The notes under the pieces are model-generated. The model was not told where the DNA came from and did not search any database. It saw only the letters and a list, made by a program, of their open reading frames with translations. Source: Armatimonadota bacterium (GTDB lineage: Bacteria > Armatimonadota > UBA5829 > DTJY01). From it: 64,000 bases of DNA. Positions 31,760 through 42,350 of the stretch are shown here, in pieces (within the stretch, counting starts at the first letter, position 1; every line of letters begins with the position of its first letter). Both the position numbers and the translations under genes were made by a program. The DNA lies in contig OY760504.1 in the NCBI GenBank assembly GCA_963663705.1, positions 2,632,063 to 2,696,062 on the forward strand, in the 5' to 3' direction.

Positions 31760-31920
31760 CCCATATGTATCATATACCGTTTATTAGTGAAGAGGGAACA
31801 TGCCTGACTCTGGGATCAAATACAGCGTTGGAACGCTGGAGTATACGAAGCGCACACTGGTAATAACATTTTTGTGGCTTCTGTGAAGCGACTTCTGCTT
31901 TGAAACAGCCGAATTGTGAT
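31760..31920 (+). pseudogene. Decayed duplicate of the promoter-proximal region and first ~40 codons of the transporter gene at 13383-14873.
   Basis: MPDSGIKYSVGTLEYTKRTLVITFLWLL* matches MSESAIKYSVGTLEYTKRALIITFMWLLWGDFCF. Upstream RBS context is also similar. A frameshift and stop follow. Confidence 0.5.
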
Positions 31921-32002
31921 AACCTTCTAAATGATGTATTATTGAACGATTCTACGACTGATTTTCTTGGTTCCGGCTAGGCCGGGGTAGGGGAGACGAA
32001 CG

Positions 32003-35000
32003 TTGAGCAATACGGATTCTTCGAACAAAAAAGACATATTCGCCCAAATAGGCGCGGAAGGGATGGAGCCCGCCGCGAGTGAGATTAGTGAGCCGCAGCC
32101 TCCGGAACTGCCGGGAATCTTTCTTCGCGCAGATACCCTGGATCCCGGCGCGGTATTCAAACCGCTTCCAAAGCTGGATACCCACCCAAAACTTATGGCG
32201 GAACTAAACCGCCAAAAGCGCGCCTATGCAAAGTTCTTGCGAAATCTGGCTCCGGAACCTGTGCAGACCCGAAAGCGGATTATGCTCGAGTCCTTTTCCA
32301 GACGATTGCAGAATCCGGAAGACCTGAAGGATTTTTCCTCAACACTTAATGGGGCAGGAGATTGGGAAAGCGTGCGAATCCCTGACTTTGGCGGTCCGCT
32401 TGGTCGGGCTACATTGTATTATCGCACCACTTTTGAACTGAACGCCGAAATGATATCCGGCGGCGCCCTGTTTGTTTGCTTTGGCGGGGTGGATTATAAG
32501 GCTGACGTCTTTATGAATAATACCCATCTGGGCTCGCATGAAGGCTTCTTTGCTCCGTTTGAGTCTGATTTTACCCGAGTCGCCAGAGATGGTCAGAATA
32601 CGCTGGTGGTGGTGGTGGAGAATGACGCCGTATGCATGAGCAACGATTCGTGGGGAACCGATGGGGATAAGTATGAAGGGGATAAGATATACGCTGCTAC
32701 CGGGCCCGGCTATGACGAGCCGGAGGTTGGCTGGCATCATTGCCCACCGGGGATGGGGATTTATCAGGATGTATATGTAGAAGCCCGCTCGTCGATATAT
32801 GTGCATGACATCTTTGTCAGGCCGCTTCCGGAAAGCTCCCGCGCAGAGGTCTGGGTCGAGGTGAACTCCTGCCATACGATCAGGCAGGAGATAGGTTTGG
32901 AGCTGTCCGTATATGGACAGAACTTCCGGCGGACCGTACTGCGTGGAAAAAAGTTTGAGTCGGTCGGCCAGGCTGGCCCCGGAATCAACTACTACAAGCA
33001 GATTTTTGAGATCCCGGACGCCAGGCTTTGGGAACTCGATGAACCCTGGCTTTATCAGGCGCAGGTGAAGGTGCTCGATTCCGGTGGCGGGTTGCTGGAT
33101 GCCGCTAGTCGACAGTTCGGTATGCGTTCATTCACAATGGATGAGACGGGTACCCCCAAAGGGCGTTTGTCATTGAATGGCCGAGAGATCCGCTTGCGCG
33201 GTGCGAATACCATGGGCTTTGAGCAGCAGGACGTAATGCGCAAAGATTGGGATCAACTGATCGATGATATCCTGCTGGCCAAGATATGCCATATGAACTT
33301 TTGGCGCTTAACTCAGCGTCCGGTACAGCCCGAGGTGTACGATTATTGCGACAAGCTTGGGCTCATGACCCAGACGGATCTGCCGCTTTTTGGCGTACTT
33401 CGCCGCACTCAGTTTGCGGAGGCTGTCAGGCAGTCGGACGAAATGGAACACTTGGTGCGGGCTCACCCATGCAACATAATGGTTACTTATATAAACGAAC
33501 CCATTCCAAACGCTTGGGACAAGCCGCATCGCCATCTGCCCCGACCGGAGCTGGAGAGATTCTTTGTTGCTGCGAGTGCAGTGGTAAAGGTTATGAATCC
33601 CGACAGAGTTATAAAGCCTGTGGATGGAGATTACGACCCACCGGCCCCCGGTCTGCCGGATAACCATTGCTACAACGGCTGGTATAACGGCCACGGGCTG
33701 GATCTGGGGAAGCTGCACAAAGGTTATTGGCAGAGGGTCAAACCTGACTGGATGTATGGGTGCGGAGAGTTTGGGGCCGAAGGTCTGGATTATGCGGATC
33801 TCATGCGCAGGCGATATCCTCAGCACTGGCTCCCCGGATCGCACTGTCAGGAGAAAGACTGGAGCCCGAGCTCGATCCCGCTGGCTCAGACGGGACGATT
33901 CCATTATATGTGGTTTGATACCAGGCATTCCATGCAGGATTGGGCGGATGCAAGTCAGGCTCATCAGGCATGGGTGACCCGCATTATGACTGAGGCGTTC
34001 AGACGCGACAATCGTATGGTCAGCTTTGCGATACATCTCTTTATCGACGCATTTCCTTCAGGCTGGATGAAGACCATTATGGATGTGGAACGACATCCCA
34101 AACCGGCGTATTTTGAGTATCGTGAGGCTCTTACTCCGCTCATGGCGTGCTTGAGATCCGACAGGTATGCTTTTTTTGCGGGTGAAAACATCTGCTTTGA
34201 AGGCTGGGTGTGCAACGATCTTTGTACTGTTCCGGCGAATCTTCGGTTGCATTATCAGTTTGAGCTGGATGGCAAGGTGATGTTTGCCAAAAAAACAGAC
34301 GCTAACGTGCCGGTTTGCGCAAGCGAGTTTCAAGGATATCTTTCTATCCCCGCTCCGAATGTGGAAACGCGAACTTCTGGGACAATCCGGCTCGCGCTTG
34401 TGAAGGGCGACGGCACCGTTTTGCATGATTCTCAATCTCAAATAGAGATTTTCCCCTCTACGAAGACGGGAAAAATGCCCCGCTTTTATATCCTTGGGGC
34501 CAAAGACGGGGTGGCGACCAAGCTGACCGAAGAACTGGGACATGAAGGCGGACTCGCAGCCGTTTTTTCCGGGAAGATTCGTTCGTCTGATACGATACTT
34601 ATCGATGATTATACCCTGTTTGCAGAGAAGCGAGAGGTGGTCTTGGCGGCGGTAGAGAGCGGAGCCACGGCCGTTTTCCTGGAGCTGCCGGAGGGCAAAT
34701 ACGATATTGCCGGCGATGAGATCAGGGTCGAAGGATGCGGTATGGGGCCACGACATTTCGTCTCAAGAGACACCGGTCATCCTCTGGTGGCAGGTTTTGC
34801 CCCGAACGATTTCAGGTTCTGGTTCGATCAGGATGCGGGATATGTTACACCGCTTTTTGCGGCAGAGTTTGTTGCTGATGGCTGGAAGGCTATCCTTACA
34901 AGCGGCAGTGGGGGGTGGGCCTCGCTTGATTGGAAGCCGACTCTTGCCGCCGCAGAAAAGCCGCATGGAAACGGTATGCTTAGGCTGTGTCAGGTGAAAT

Positions 35001-35077
35001 TGGCAGGCAGGACTTTGACTAATCCGGTTGCAGACATCTTCGCACGCAGATTGAGTCGTTTAGCCTTGGCAAAGTAA
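32003..35077 (+). CDS. Glycoside hydrolase family 2 protein (beta-galactosidase, beta-mannosidase or beta-glucuronidase-like).
   Basis: GH2 N-terminal sugar-binding domain YYRTTFELNAEMISGGALFVCFGGVDYKADVFMNNTHLGSHEGFFAPFESDFT. TIM-barrel region GREIRLRGANTMGFEQQDVM. TTG start at 32003 with GGAGA upstream. Confidence 0.75.
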   Translation: MSNTDSSNKKDIFAQIGAEGMEPAASEISEPQPPELPGIFLRADTLDPGAVFKPLPKLDTHPKLMAELNRQKRAYAKFLRNLAPEPVQTRKRIMLESFSRRLQNPEDLKDFSSTLNGAGDWESVRIPDFGGPLGRATLYYRTTFELNAEMISGGALFVCFGGVDYKADVFMNNTHLGSHEGFFAPFESDFTRVARDGQNTLVVVVENDAVCMSNDSWGTDGDKYEGDKIYAATGPGYDEPEVGWHHCPPGMGIYQDVYVEARSSIYVHDIFVRPLPESSRAEVWVEVNSCHTIRQEIGLELSVYGQNFRRTVLRGKKFESVGQAGPGINYYKQIFEIPDARLWELDEPWLYQAQVKVLDSGGGLLDAASRQFGMRSFTMDETGTPKGRLSLNGREIRLRGANTMGFEQQDVMRKDWDQLIDDILLAKICHMNFWRLTQRPVQPEVYDYCDKLGLMTQTDLPLFGVLRRTQFAEAVRQSDEMEHLVRAHPCNIMVTYINEPIPNAWDKPHRHLPRPELERFFVAASAVVKVMNPDRVIKPVDGDYDPPAPGLPDNHCYNGWYNGHGLDLGKLHKGYWQRVKPDWMYGCGEFGAEGLDYADLMRRRYPQHWLPGSHCQEKDWSPSSIPLAQTGRFHYMWFDTRHSMQDWADASQAHQAWVTRIMTEAFRRDNRMVSFAIHLFIDAFPSGWMKTIMDVERHPKPAYFEYREALTPLMACLRSDRYAFFAGENICFEGWVCNDLCTVPANLRLHYQFELDGKVMFAKKTDANVPVCASEFQGYLSIPAPNVETRTSGTIRLALVKGDGTVLHDSQSQIEIFPSTKTGKMPRFYILGAKDGVATKLTEELGHEGGLAAVFSGKIRSSDTILIDDYTLFAEKREVVLAAVESGATAVFLELPEGKYDIAGDEIRVEGCGMGPRHFVSRDTGHPLVAGFAPNDFRFWFDQDAGYVTPLFAAEFVADGWKAILTSGSGGWASLDWKPTLAAAEKPHGNGMLRLCQVKLAGRTLTNPVADIFARRLSRLALAK

Positions 35078-35448
35078 CAACCTGTAACATGGGATCTATG
35101 CCAACGTGTATCGGATGAGAAGTCCGGAACATCAGTTTCGTAAATGTGGCGGGCGTTCCCTTTTCACAATGTAGTTGTGTTAATGTCAGTTCTGCCGGAG
35201 GAACTAGCGCCTTTGGACTTTTCAGAAAATCAGGAATTATTCCATGCGGGCAAGGCAATGGTGGATGGTTTTATGAAAGAATCGGCAGCTGTCCCCGCCA
35301 TCCTTGATAACGCTGCAATGTCTACCGGTCTGTTGACAAAATGCAACGTATTTCGTGTTGCGAATCAGACCACGATATATAACTTCCAAAGACAAAATAC
35401 CAGCAGCCTGGAGCCGTTGGGCCATGAGATTGGAGAATTGAATATAAA

Positions 35449-36834
35449 ATGCCTGCAATCGCATCTTTATCGAAATCATCTACATCAGCCGTGCCATCGA
35501 CGCTGAAGGTTGGAGTGGCCTCGTTATCCAGCCCGTTGGAAGTTGGCGCGGGCAACGCCCACAAAGCCGCGAGCGACCTGCACGCACTCCTTGAGTCTAT
35601 CGGTTGCACGGTTGTGGACGTTGGCCCGATAAACGGCTCAAATCAGGCCATAGCAGCCGGTAGACAAATGGCAGAAGCCCATGTTAATGCCATAGCGCTG
35701 ATAGCAACCAGTTGGTATGAAGATTACCTGGTGCTCGATCTGCTGGAAGAGTGCTCTGCGCCGGTAATGATCTGGTCGCTTCCGGGAATGGAGACCGGTG
35801 CTCTGTGTGGGACGCAGCAACTGACTTCATACCTCAAATATCTGGGCATACACGCCTGTTGCATATACGGAGATCTGGGAAATCCTGAATGTATACGCAA
35901 AACCTCAACCTTCCTGCGAGCCGCAGCCCTCAAATATACTCTGCGGCGAACACGCGTCGGTCTCATGGGAAGCAGGGTCAATGGGATGACTCACACGGCG
36001 GCAAATGAGTTTGCGCTTAAGAAGAGTATTGGCCCTCGGGTAGTCTTTCTGGATTCTCAACTTATTCTTGAACGCGTCAAGAATGTATCGGAGAAGGAAG
36101 CTGCTTTGGTATGGCAGAATATTTTGGGCAAGTCTGCTAAGTGCTGTGTTGCCCAGGCGGATGGCCTTTATTCCGCACAAATGTATCTGGCGTTAAGAGA
36201 AGTTATCGCGGAATACAATCTCAACGCAATCGCTATCGGCTGCTATCCCAATCTCATGGGTAAGGTCTGTCTGGCGGCATCGCTTCTGGCCGATGAAGGC
36301 ATCCCGCTGGCCTGCGAAGGAGATTTGAATGGGGCTGTAGGGCAGGTCATACTTACCACGCTTACCGGGCAGCCAACTCACAACACTGACTGGCTGGAAC
36401 CTCTGGATGATGGCACGGTGATTTTCACTCATTGCGGCTCAGGATCGTTCAGCCTGGCAGCCCCAAAAGAGAAAATCACTCTTAGTCCGGTAAGGCTTAT
36501 GGAGCAGGGCGCATGCGTTCTTTTCCCTGCAAAGGTCGGGCCTGTCACCCTTATAAGCCTGACACCTGCTCAGGATGGATACCAGTGCGCAATTTTGGAA
36601 GGGGAAGCATTGCCTGTGGAGATGGTGTTCCCCGGCAATCCGGTAAGGGTTCATTTCGATCAACCGGTGGAATCAATCATGTCGTGGATTCACGAACAAG
36701 GTATCTCGCATCACTGGATGATCGGGTATGGACATGTAGGAGAAGAGGTGCGAGAGTGGAACAGAATCGCGGGCTCTGCTTTGCATGTGATAAGCTTAAA
36801 CAATGAAGCACACATCATACCTGCCCAAAACTGA
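35449..36834 (+). CDS. L-fucose/L-arabinose isomerase family protein, paralogue of 7072-8547.
   Basis: LKVGVASLSS...NAIALIATSWYED and C-terminal ACEGDLNGAVGQ...FTHCGSGSFS motifs parallel those of the isomerase at 7072-8547. Confidence 0.5.
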   Translation: MPAIASLSKSSTSAVPSTLKVGVASLSSPLEVGAGNAHKAASDLHALLESIGCTVVDVGPINGSNQAIAAGRQMAEAHVNAIALIATSWYEDYLVLDLLEECSAPVMIWSLPGMETGALCGTQQLTSYLKYLGIHACCIYGDLGNPECIRKTSTFLRAAALKYTLRRTRVGLMGSRVNGMTHTAANEFALKKSIGPRVVFLDSQLILERVKNVSEKEAALVWQNILGKSAKCCVAQADGLYSAQMYLALREVIAEYNLNAIAIGCYPNLMGKVCLAASLLADEGIPLACEGDLNGAVGQVILTTLTGQPTHNTDWLEPLDDGTVIFTHCGSGSFSLAAPKEKITLSPVRLMEQGACVLFPAKVGPVTLISLTPAQDGYQCAILEGEALPVEMVFPGNPVRVHFDQPVESIMSWIHEQGISHHWMIGYGHVGEEVREWNRIAGSALHVISLNNEAHIIPAQN

Positions 36835-36978
36835 AAATTGTGTCCGGCAACTAGAGCTGCGTCGGTTGAATGAAGTCGCCGCCTCTAAAAAAGCTTCTGT
36901 CTGTAGCTATGTGGGAAAAGCTCGTTGAGTAGTGCAAAACCTTCTCACATATATATATAATAATGGAAAGGATTGAAA

Positions 36979-39300
36979 ATGAACGCACACAAGCAGAGTC
37001 GCCCCTGGGAGATATATCTTGTTCATCACAGTCATGTGGATATCGGCTATACCGACCCACAACCGATAGCAATGAGGAAACAGGCTGACTTCATAGCTCA
37101 GGCATTGGATTACTGCACGGCAACGGATCATCTCCCTAGCGGCGAACGTTTTGTCTGGACTTGCGAAGTATCATGGACTGTTAAGGCTTTCTTGAAACGG
37201 TATCCTGAACGCGCCGAAGAGTTCTTCCGCCGTGTCCGAGAGGGACGCATTGAAGTTACCGGCATCTACCTCAACCTGACTGATCTTTTTGATGAAGACC
37301 TGCTGAAACATTCTATATCGTATGCGCATGATCTGGCGGATGATCATGGCTTCAGCGTTGAAACCGCCATGCAGAGCGATGTAAATGGCTGGGCGTGGGG
37401 ATTGCCGAAAATGTTGTCGGAGCAGGGGATACGATACTTCGACATTGGGATCAACCAAACCCGATCCTTGGTATTTAGCCCAAGACCTCGGCCTTTTTAT
37501 TGGGTCTCTCCTGGCGGAGAGCGCGTGCTGCTGTGGCATGGCGAAAGCTACATGCATGGGAATAACTTTTTGATCGATCCGGCTGACGGAATAGGCAAGG
37601 TAAGAGAATACCTTAAATCACTTGAAACGTCCGGTTATCCGCATTCTGCGGTAGCCATGCGAGTTCACGGCGCGACGCGCGACAACGCTCCTCCCGCTCT
37701 GTGGCTTTGTGATTTCGTGCGAGAGTGGAACGCCCATCAGGATTACCCCAAACTCCGACTCTGCACATCGCGAGAATGGTTCCAGCATCTGGAATCCTCC
37801 TGGCCGGAGCCGATCGAGGAGCTGCAAAAAGCATGGCCGGACTGGTGGACGGATGGCATAGGTTCAGCCGCGTATGAATCTGCCCTGGTGCGTACGGCAG
37901 AGGCAAACCTGAAATCCGCAAAGGCGATAGAGGCTTCAGGCGGGCGACTGGATCAAGAGACTCTCTCTGATGCTCAAGAGTCATCAATGTTCTTTGCTGA
38001 ACATACCTGGGGAGCCTGGTGCAGCACTGACTCGCCGGATTCTCTGGAAAGCAAGGCCGGATGGAACGTCAAATCAGGCTTTGCATATACGGCGGCAGTG
38101 GAATCCTCTGCGTTGGTTTACGATGCATTGCGTACATACGCTGGTGAGGCCAAAACAGAGCCTGCCGTGCTGGTATTCAACCCTCTGCCTCATACCCGAA
38201 CCGATATAGCTGAAATTTCGATCCCAAACGCCGCCATAACAGGGCATAGCGAGCAGGTGCTCAGTAAAGAGATAGAGGAAAGCTGCCCACCTTTGCATCT
38301 TGTCGACCTGGAATCGGGGACAAAGATTCCGGTGTCTCGACGGCCTGTGATCCTGGGTAGCGACCGTATGCCGGGCCAGATAATCCGGTTTGTCGCAAAT
38401 GACGTGCCGGGGTCGGGCAGCCGCAGATATGGTATTGTCCCGGGAGCGCTGGAAATGGAGGCGGCATCTGTTTGCAGTGGCTCTACAATTCAAAACGCCT
38501 TCTTCAAAGTCGAGGTAGACCCTGTTACCGGTGGCATCAGGAGCCTGTACGACAAGCGGCTTGGGCGCGAGTTGGTAGCATGCGGGGAATATACGCTGAA
38601 TCAGCTTATCCATGAAACGGTCGACTCGCCGGAAGGGCGCGAGGCGTTGAGTACCTGGGCCGAATTGCGAAAAGATACGCCATTTATCAGGCAGACCGAG
38701 GAGATGAGTCTGGAAGTTGGCCCGGTGATGCCTTTTGGAGCATCTCTAATTGTAGAAGGGAAAGGCAAATTCCATAGTGTAAAGAACTCAATCACCCTCT
38801 ACGATAATCTGCCCAGGATCGATATACAAAACTGCATATGCAGATTACCATCCGAATACACAGAGTCATTCTATCAGGCTTTCCCTATTGGGAAAAGTGG
38901 ATGCACGGTATATCTGGATACGCCAGGCGCGGTCATGCGGCCGGGGATAGATCAACTGCCCGAGACTGCAACCGACTGGCATGGCTTGCAGAACTATTTT
39001 GCAGCATCGGATGGGAGTAACACTACAACCGTAGCGTCACCGGATATCCCGATAGTGCAGGTGAATGGTATAAATACAGGGAAGTGGCAGAAGACTTTGC
39101 CTGCGCATAATGGCCTTGTAATGTCCTGGGTAATGAACAACTACTGGTTCACAAATTTCCCGGCGACTCAAAGGGGTGAACTCTCATACCGGTATAGCAT
39201 AAGCAGTTATGCAGGCGGATTTGATCCTGAAGCATCAAGTGGTTTCGCCTCTTCAATCCGCCAACCGCTAGCCTGTATCTTAATATCTCACCGTCCATAG
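36979..39300 (+). CDS. Glycoside hydrolase family 38 alpha-mannosidase-like protein.
   Basis: N-terminal GH38 motif EIYLVHHSHVDIGYT (HxHxDxGW/Y type). 775 aa. RBS AAAGGA sits 8 nt upstream of ATG 36979. Confidence 0.7.
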   Translation: MNAHKQSRPWEIYLVHHSHVDIGYTDPQPIAMRKQADFIAQALDYCTATDHLPSGERFVWTCEVSWTVKAFLKRYPERAEEFFRRVREGRIEVTGIYLNLTDLFDEDLLKHSISYAHDLADDHGFSVETAMQSDVNGWAWGLPKMLSEQGIRYFDIGINQTRSLVFSPRPRPFYWVSPGGERVLLWHGESYMHGNNFLIDPADGIGKVREYLKSLETSGYPHSAVAMRVHGATRDNAPPALWLCDFVREWNAHQDYPKLRLCTSREWFQHLESSWPEPIEELQKAWPDWWTDGIGSAAYESALVRTAEANLKSAKAIEASGGRLDQETLSDAQESSMFFAEHTWGAWCSTDSPDSLESKAGWNVKSGFAYTAAVESSALVYDALRTYAGEAKTEPAVLVFNPLPHTRTDIAEISIPNAAITGHSEQVLSKEIEESCPPLHLVDLESGTKIPVSRRPVILGSDRMPGQIIRFVANDVPGSGSRRYGIVPGALEMEAASVCSGSTIQNAFFKVEVDPVTGGIRSLYDKRLGRELVACGEYTLNQLIHETVDSPEGREALSTWAELRKDTPFIRQTEEMSLEVGPVMPFGASLIVEGKGKFHSVKNSITLYDNLPRIDIQNCICRLPSEYTESFYQAFPIGKSGCTVYLDTPGAVMRPGIDQLPETATDWHGLQNYFAASDGSNTTTVASPDIPIVQVNGINTGKWQKTLPAHNGLVMSWVMNNYWFTNFPATQRGELSYRYSISSYAGGFDPEASSGFASSIRQPLACILISHRP

Positions 39301-39347
39301 CGGAGCAGCCCTGCGAGATGTCGGAGGGAAGCGATAAGACTTTTTAT

Positions 39348-39391
39348 GGCGGTATACTGACAACCCAATATCAGTATACCGCCATATTTTT
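39348..39391 (+). terminator. Rho-independent terminator after the GH38 gene.
   Basis: Perfect 13-bp stem ggcggtatactga / tcagtataccgcc with a 10-nt loop, followed by ATATTTTT. Confidence 0.65.
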
Positions 39392-39675
39392 GCACTGTTG
39401 GCTGCTATCTCCGATTCGTTTGCAAGCGCCGTGACGCCGAATCTCGCGCGAGAGGATATCGTCGGTTTGCTGGAGCATCCCCCTTGTGATATTCGGCCTT
39501 TCCTTTATAATACTGGCTGGTGAAGGGGCACTTCTCGCCGGTTACGGTCAGTTGGTTTAGTAGCTGTTCCATGTTGTTGTAGACGTGCCAGCCGGATTTG
39601 TCCACGGTCTGTATCCGTTCCGGTAATCCTCATGGGTCTCCCCACGCTCATACAGGCGTATTCCTATCAGATATT

Positions 39676-39994
39676 GGCACTATAAGCTTTTTTGTGGGTG
39701 AATCTGATTAGGCCCTCACCCCAACCCTCTCCCGATTTCGGGCGAGGGGGGATACCGCTTATCCCGAGTAGCCCACAGGGCATATCGAGGGACGGTACAT
39801 GTCTACCAGGCTTCGGCAGCGGCGTCTTCAGGAATTCAATAATGTAGCCGCAGGCTTTACGCTGCGATCTACGCGCCCATAAAGGGTGCGCCTACATCTA
39901 GTCGGCGCAGGGCGACTTAGTGTTTTTGTTGCCGCGAATTTATTCGCACGGTTGTTGGAACACTGTCGATATCCACAAACTTTCTCATAGAGCC
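39676..39994 (+). repeat. MITE-like structured repeat, copy C (319 bp, the most diverged internal segment).
   Basis: TIRs GGCACTATAAGC...CTCATAGAGCC. Shares the 5' 150 bp and the 3' 80 bp with copies B and D. Confidence 0.75.
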
Positions 39995-40002
39995 CAGATA
40001 TT

Positions 40003-41238
40003 TTATCTGCCAAGAAATGTCCGATAGTTTCCTGCAAAAAGGCATTTAACATCTCGGCGAATCTCAGCATCTGAGACTTTCCATCCTGCGGCGGTCAGGT
40101 TTGCGTACTCATCCACAAGAACCTGGCCGATTATTTCTCTTGAGTGCGACCACTTGTAGACAAGTTGATCCAGCACCCTGGCATCCGAATGCTGGGGGAT
40201 CACGCTCATGCCGAGCATCTCCAGCCTCATCCTGGTAATCTCTTCAATCAGACTGGGGTTGTTCAAGAACCACCAGCATCCAAACACCATGAGATTCCGA
40301 AACTTCCTTGCAGTCACGCACAGTTCATGTTGATTTTCACGCGACAGCATTGTGAGCATAAACTTATTCTGCGGGTAAGCGGCACATATGCGCTCAACGG
40401 CTTCTATGCTGCCTTTGCCCATGGAGTCGCCGGATTGCCTGAGTTCCGGATTACATAGCCTTTTCACTCCTATCATCATAGCGAGTGGGATACCCGACGC
40501 TTCTGCAACAGGTAGTACGCACGACTCCAGCAGGCGCCCGCGAGGGGAATTCTCAGGAAACGTAAAGTTGGGTGGGAGCGAGACTGCCATGTAATGCGCA
40601 TCTATTCGACCTACCCAGTCGCGGAGGAATCGCTGTACCTCGGCTATGGTGCGCCCGCCGAAGTCTGCATTGGCATCATAGCCCCATTCCCTGAGACGAA
40701 TGCACGCCGATTCCCACGAATTCAGAAGCACATCGAGCCTCAATGACGCATGAAACCTCGCGTCAAACCGTGCTGTGTTTTCCCAGACCTTGCGCTCCGC
40801 ATCGTCGAACGGATCGTTCGTCATCACCAACGATTCGATTTTCGCAAGCTCGAAAACTTTATCGATATGCTCATCTACGCTCATATTGCGAAAGAATGCC
40901 CGGTATTTATTCAGATCACGGCTGAGCGTATCCAGCCCGAAGTGATGCAGCACGGTGATCACCCCACGGCACGACTCGCTAATTGGCGAGTGCTCGATGA
41001 AGAGGGTTTTCCATATCAGGTCCGCCTGGTCGCATTTGGGGAGCAGCCAGAAGTCGCTGTACGGCATATCCAGCCAGCGAACTGCCTCTGCTATCAGGTA
41101 ATGATAAGTAAGCAGTTCATCTATCCCCCGAAGCAGAAACGATCCAAACTCCGGTGCATACAGATGGGTATGCATGTCCATGACTTTGACATCTGCAACA
41201 GCACGCATCACCATTTCTTTAGTAGAAGGCTTATTCAT
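40003..41238 (-). CDS. Uronate (glucuronate) isomerase-like protein, UxaC family in the amidohydrolase superfamily.
   Basis: MDMHTHL...LLTYHYLIAEAVRW parallels the UxaC N-terminal DYHCHL...GDHYKWRAMR. C-terminal MVFGCWWFLNN...DSR...DEY parallels UxaC FGSGWWFND...DSRSF...HEY. Confidence 0.55.
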   Translation of the reverse strand: MNKPSTKEMVMRAVADVKVMDMHTHLYAPEFGSFLLRGIDELLTYHYLIAEAVRWLDMPYSDFWLLPKCDQADLIWKTLFIEHSPISESCRGVITVLHHFGLDTLSRDLNKYRAFFRNMSVDEHIDKVFELAKIESLVMTNDPFDDAERKVWENTARFDARFHASLRLDVLLNSWESACIRLREWGYDANADFGGRTIAEVQRFLRDWVGRIDAHYMAVSLPPNFTFPENSPRGRLLESCVLPVAEASGIPLAMMIGVKRLCNPELRQSGDSMGKGSIEAVERICAAYPQNKFMLTMLSRENQHELCVTARKFRNLMVFGCWWFLNNPSLIEEITRMRLEMLGMSVIPQHSDARVLDQLVYKWSHSREIIGQVLVDEYANLTAAGWKVSDAEIRRDVKCLFAGNYRTFLGR

Positions 41239-41397
41239 CTTAAGAAATCGACCCGGGTAATTCCCGCGCGAACCTGTCTACCCCGGATAGCCCTTTCAAA
41301 TATATCGTTGTGTTCATGTCTGGACAAAATGGTCATCTGCTGCAAACAGATGAATATCAAATTAACTTAAGTATACAAGCACAATAGTCTGTTTGAA

Positions 41398-42204
41398 ATG
41401 GACTATCTGAGCGAATTGTTGTACTATATATTCATGGTGATTGAGTCTTTGGAGTTTCTTGCTGCCAACGCTGTTCCAGATCACAGGCTTACGGTTGACA
41501 GGGTCTTCGATGGATACTATGGCTTGCAGTTTGTGGGCTCGGGTGGCGTGGCGCTATCAATAGATGATCGTGACTATGAGCTTGAGGGGCAGTGGATGTG
41601 GTGCACGTATCCCGGCCCGCACTTCGTCTACAAACCGCTTGAGATCCACGGATTCTGGTCGCATAGTTACGTCACTTTTCGAGGCCCGCGGGTGGATGAG
41701 TGGGTATGGGAAGGTCTGCTGCCGTTTGTCCCTCAGCAGGTACGCCCTTCGGCGGATTTCGGAGCACGCCTTGATTTCCTTCGCTCACTGATCGATGCCG
41801 GCGACAGGTTGTCGTTCCTCTCCGCGGCGAATGAACTCGAACGGGTAGTGCTGGATCTGGCGAGATGCCGCGCTGACCGGGTGGATCGTCCATTGTGGCT
41901 TCAGGACATTATCGAGCAACTAAACAATATATCATTGAATCAGCCTGACTACGCATCGCTGGCCGCAGAGCATTTCATGTCTGTAAGTACCTTGCGCCGC
42001 CAGTTCAAGGCTTTTACTGGTGTGCCTATCCATACTTACCTTGTGCGCAGACGCATTCACACTGCCTGCGAGCTCCTGATTCACACTGATCTGCCGCTCA
42101 AAACGATAGCAGAGCAGCTTGGTTACCGGGATATCTACTTCTTCAGCCGACAGTTTCGCCAGTTGACGGGCCTCTCTCCAAGCCACTTCAGACAGTCCAA
42201 ATAG
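41398..42204 (+). CDS. AraC-family transcriptional regulator.
   Basis: C-terminal double HTH LAAEHFMSVSTLRRQFKAFTGVPIHTYLVRRRIHTACELLIHTDLPLKTIAEQLGYRDIYFFSRQFRQLTGLSPSHFR. N-terminal cupin-like sensor. Confidence 0.8.
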   Translation: MDYLSELLYYIFMVIESLEFLAANAVPDHRLTVDRVFDGYYGLQFVGSGGVALSIDDRDYELEGQWMWCTYPGPHFVYKPLEIHGFWSHSYVTFRGPRVDEWVWEGLLPFVPQQVRPSADFGARLDFLRSLIDAGDRLSFLSAANELERVVLDLARCRADRVDRPLWLQDIIEQLNNISLNQPDYASLAAEHFMSVSTLRRQFKAFTGVPIHTYLVRRRIHTACELLIHTDLPLKTIAEQLGYRDIYFFSRQFRQLTGLSPSHFRQSK

Positions 42205-42282
42205 CATCCGACCCGGATTCAATCGGTACCTACCGAGCATCTACTGTATCTGTCATAATGCTTTGTTCTAAACCGTTTGTGG

Positions 42283-42310
42283 GCTTATCCACAAACGGTT
42301 TCGTAGAGCC
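42283..42310 (+). repeat. Partial MITE right-end fragment immediately upstream of copy D.
   Basis: ccgtttgtgggcttatccacaaacggtttcgtagagcc resembles the element terminus atccacaaactttctcatagagcc. Confidence 0.45.
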
Positions 42311-42350
42311 CAATAAAGCCTGGCAACAGAAGAATAAATGATTATTTTAC

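Noticed and set aside
35144-35506. 120-aa ORF overlapping the start of the second FucI-like gene
   Set aside because: No motif or RBS. It overlaps a better-supported CDS. It may just reflect uncertainty in that gene's true start.
39405-39605. 66-aa minus-strand ORF between the GH38 terminator and MITE copy C
   Set aside because: Short and without support. The region looks like decayed intergenic DNA.
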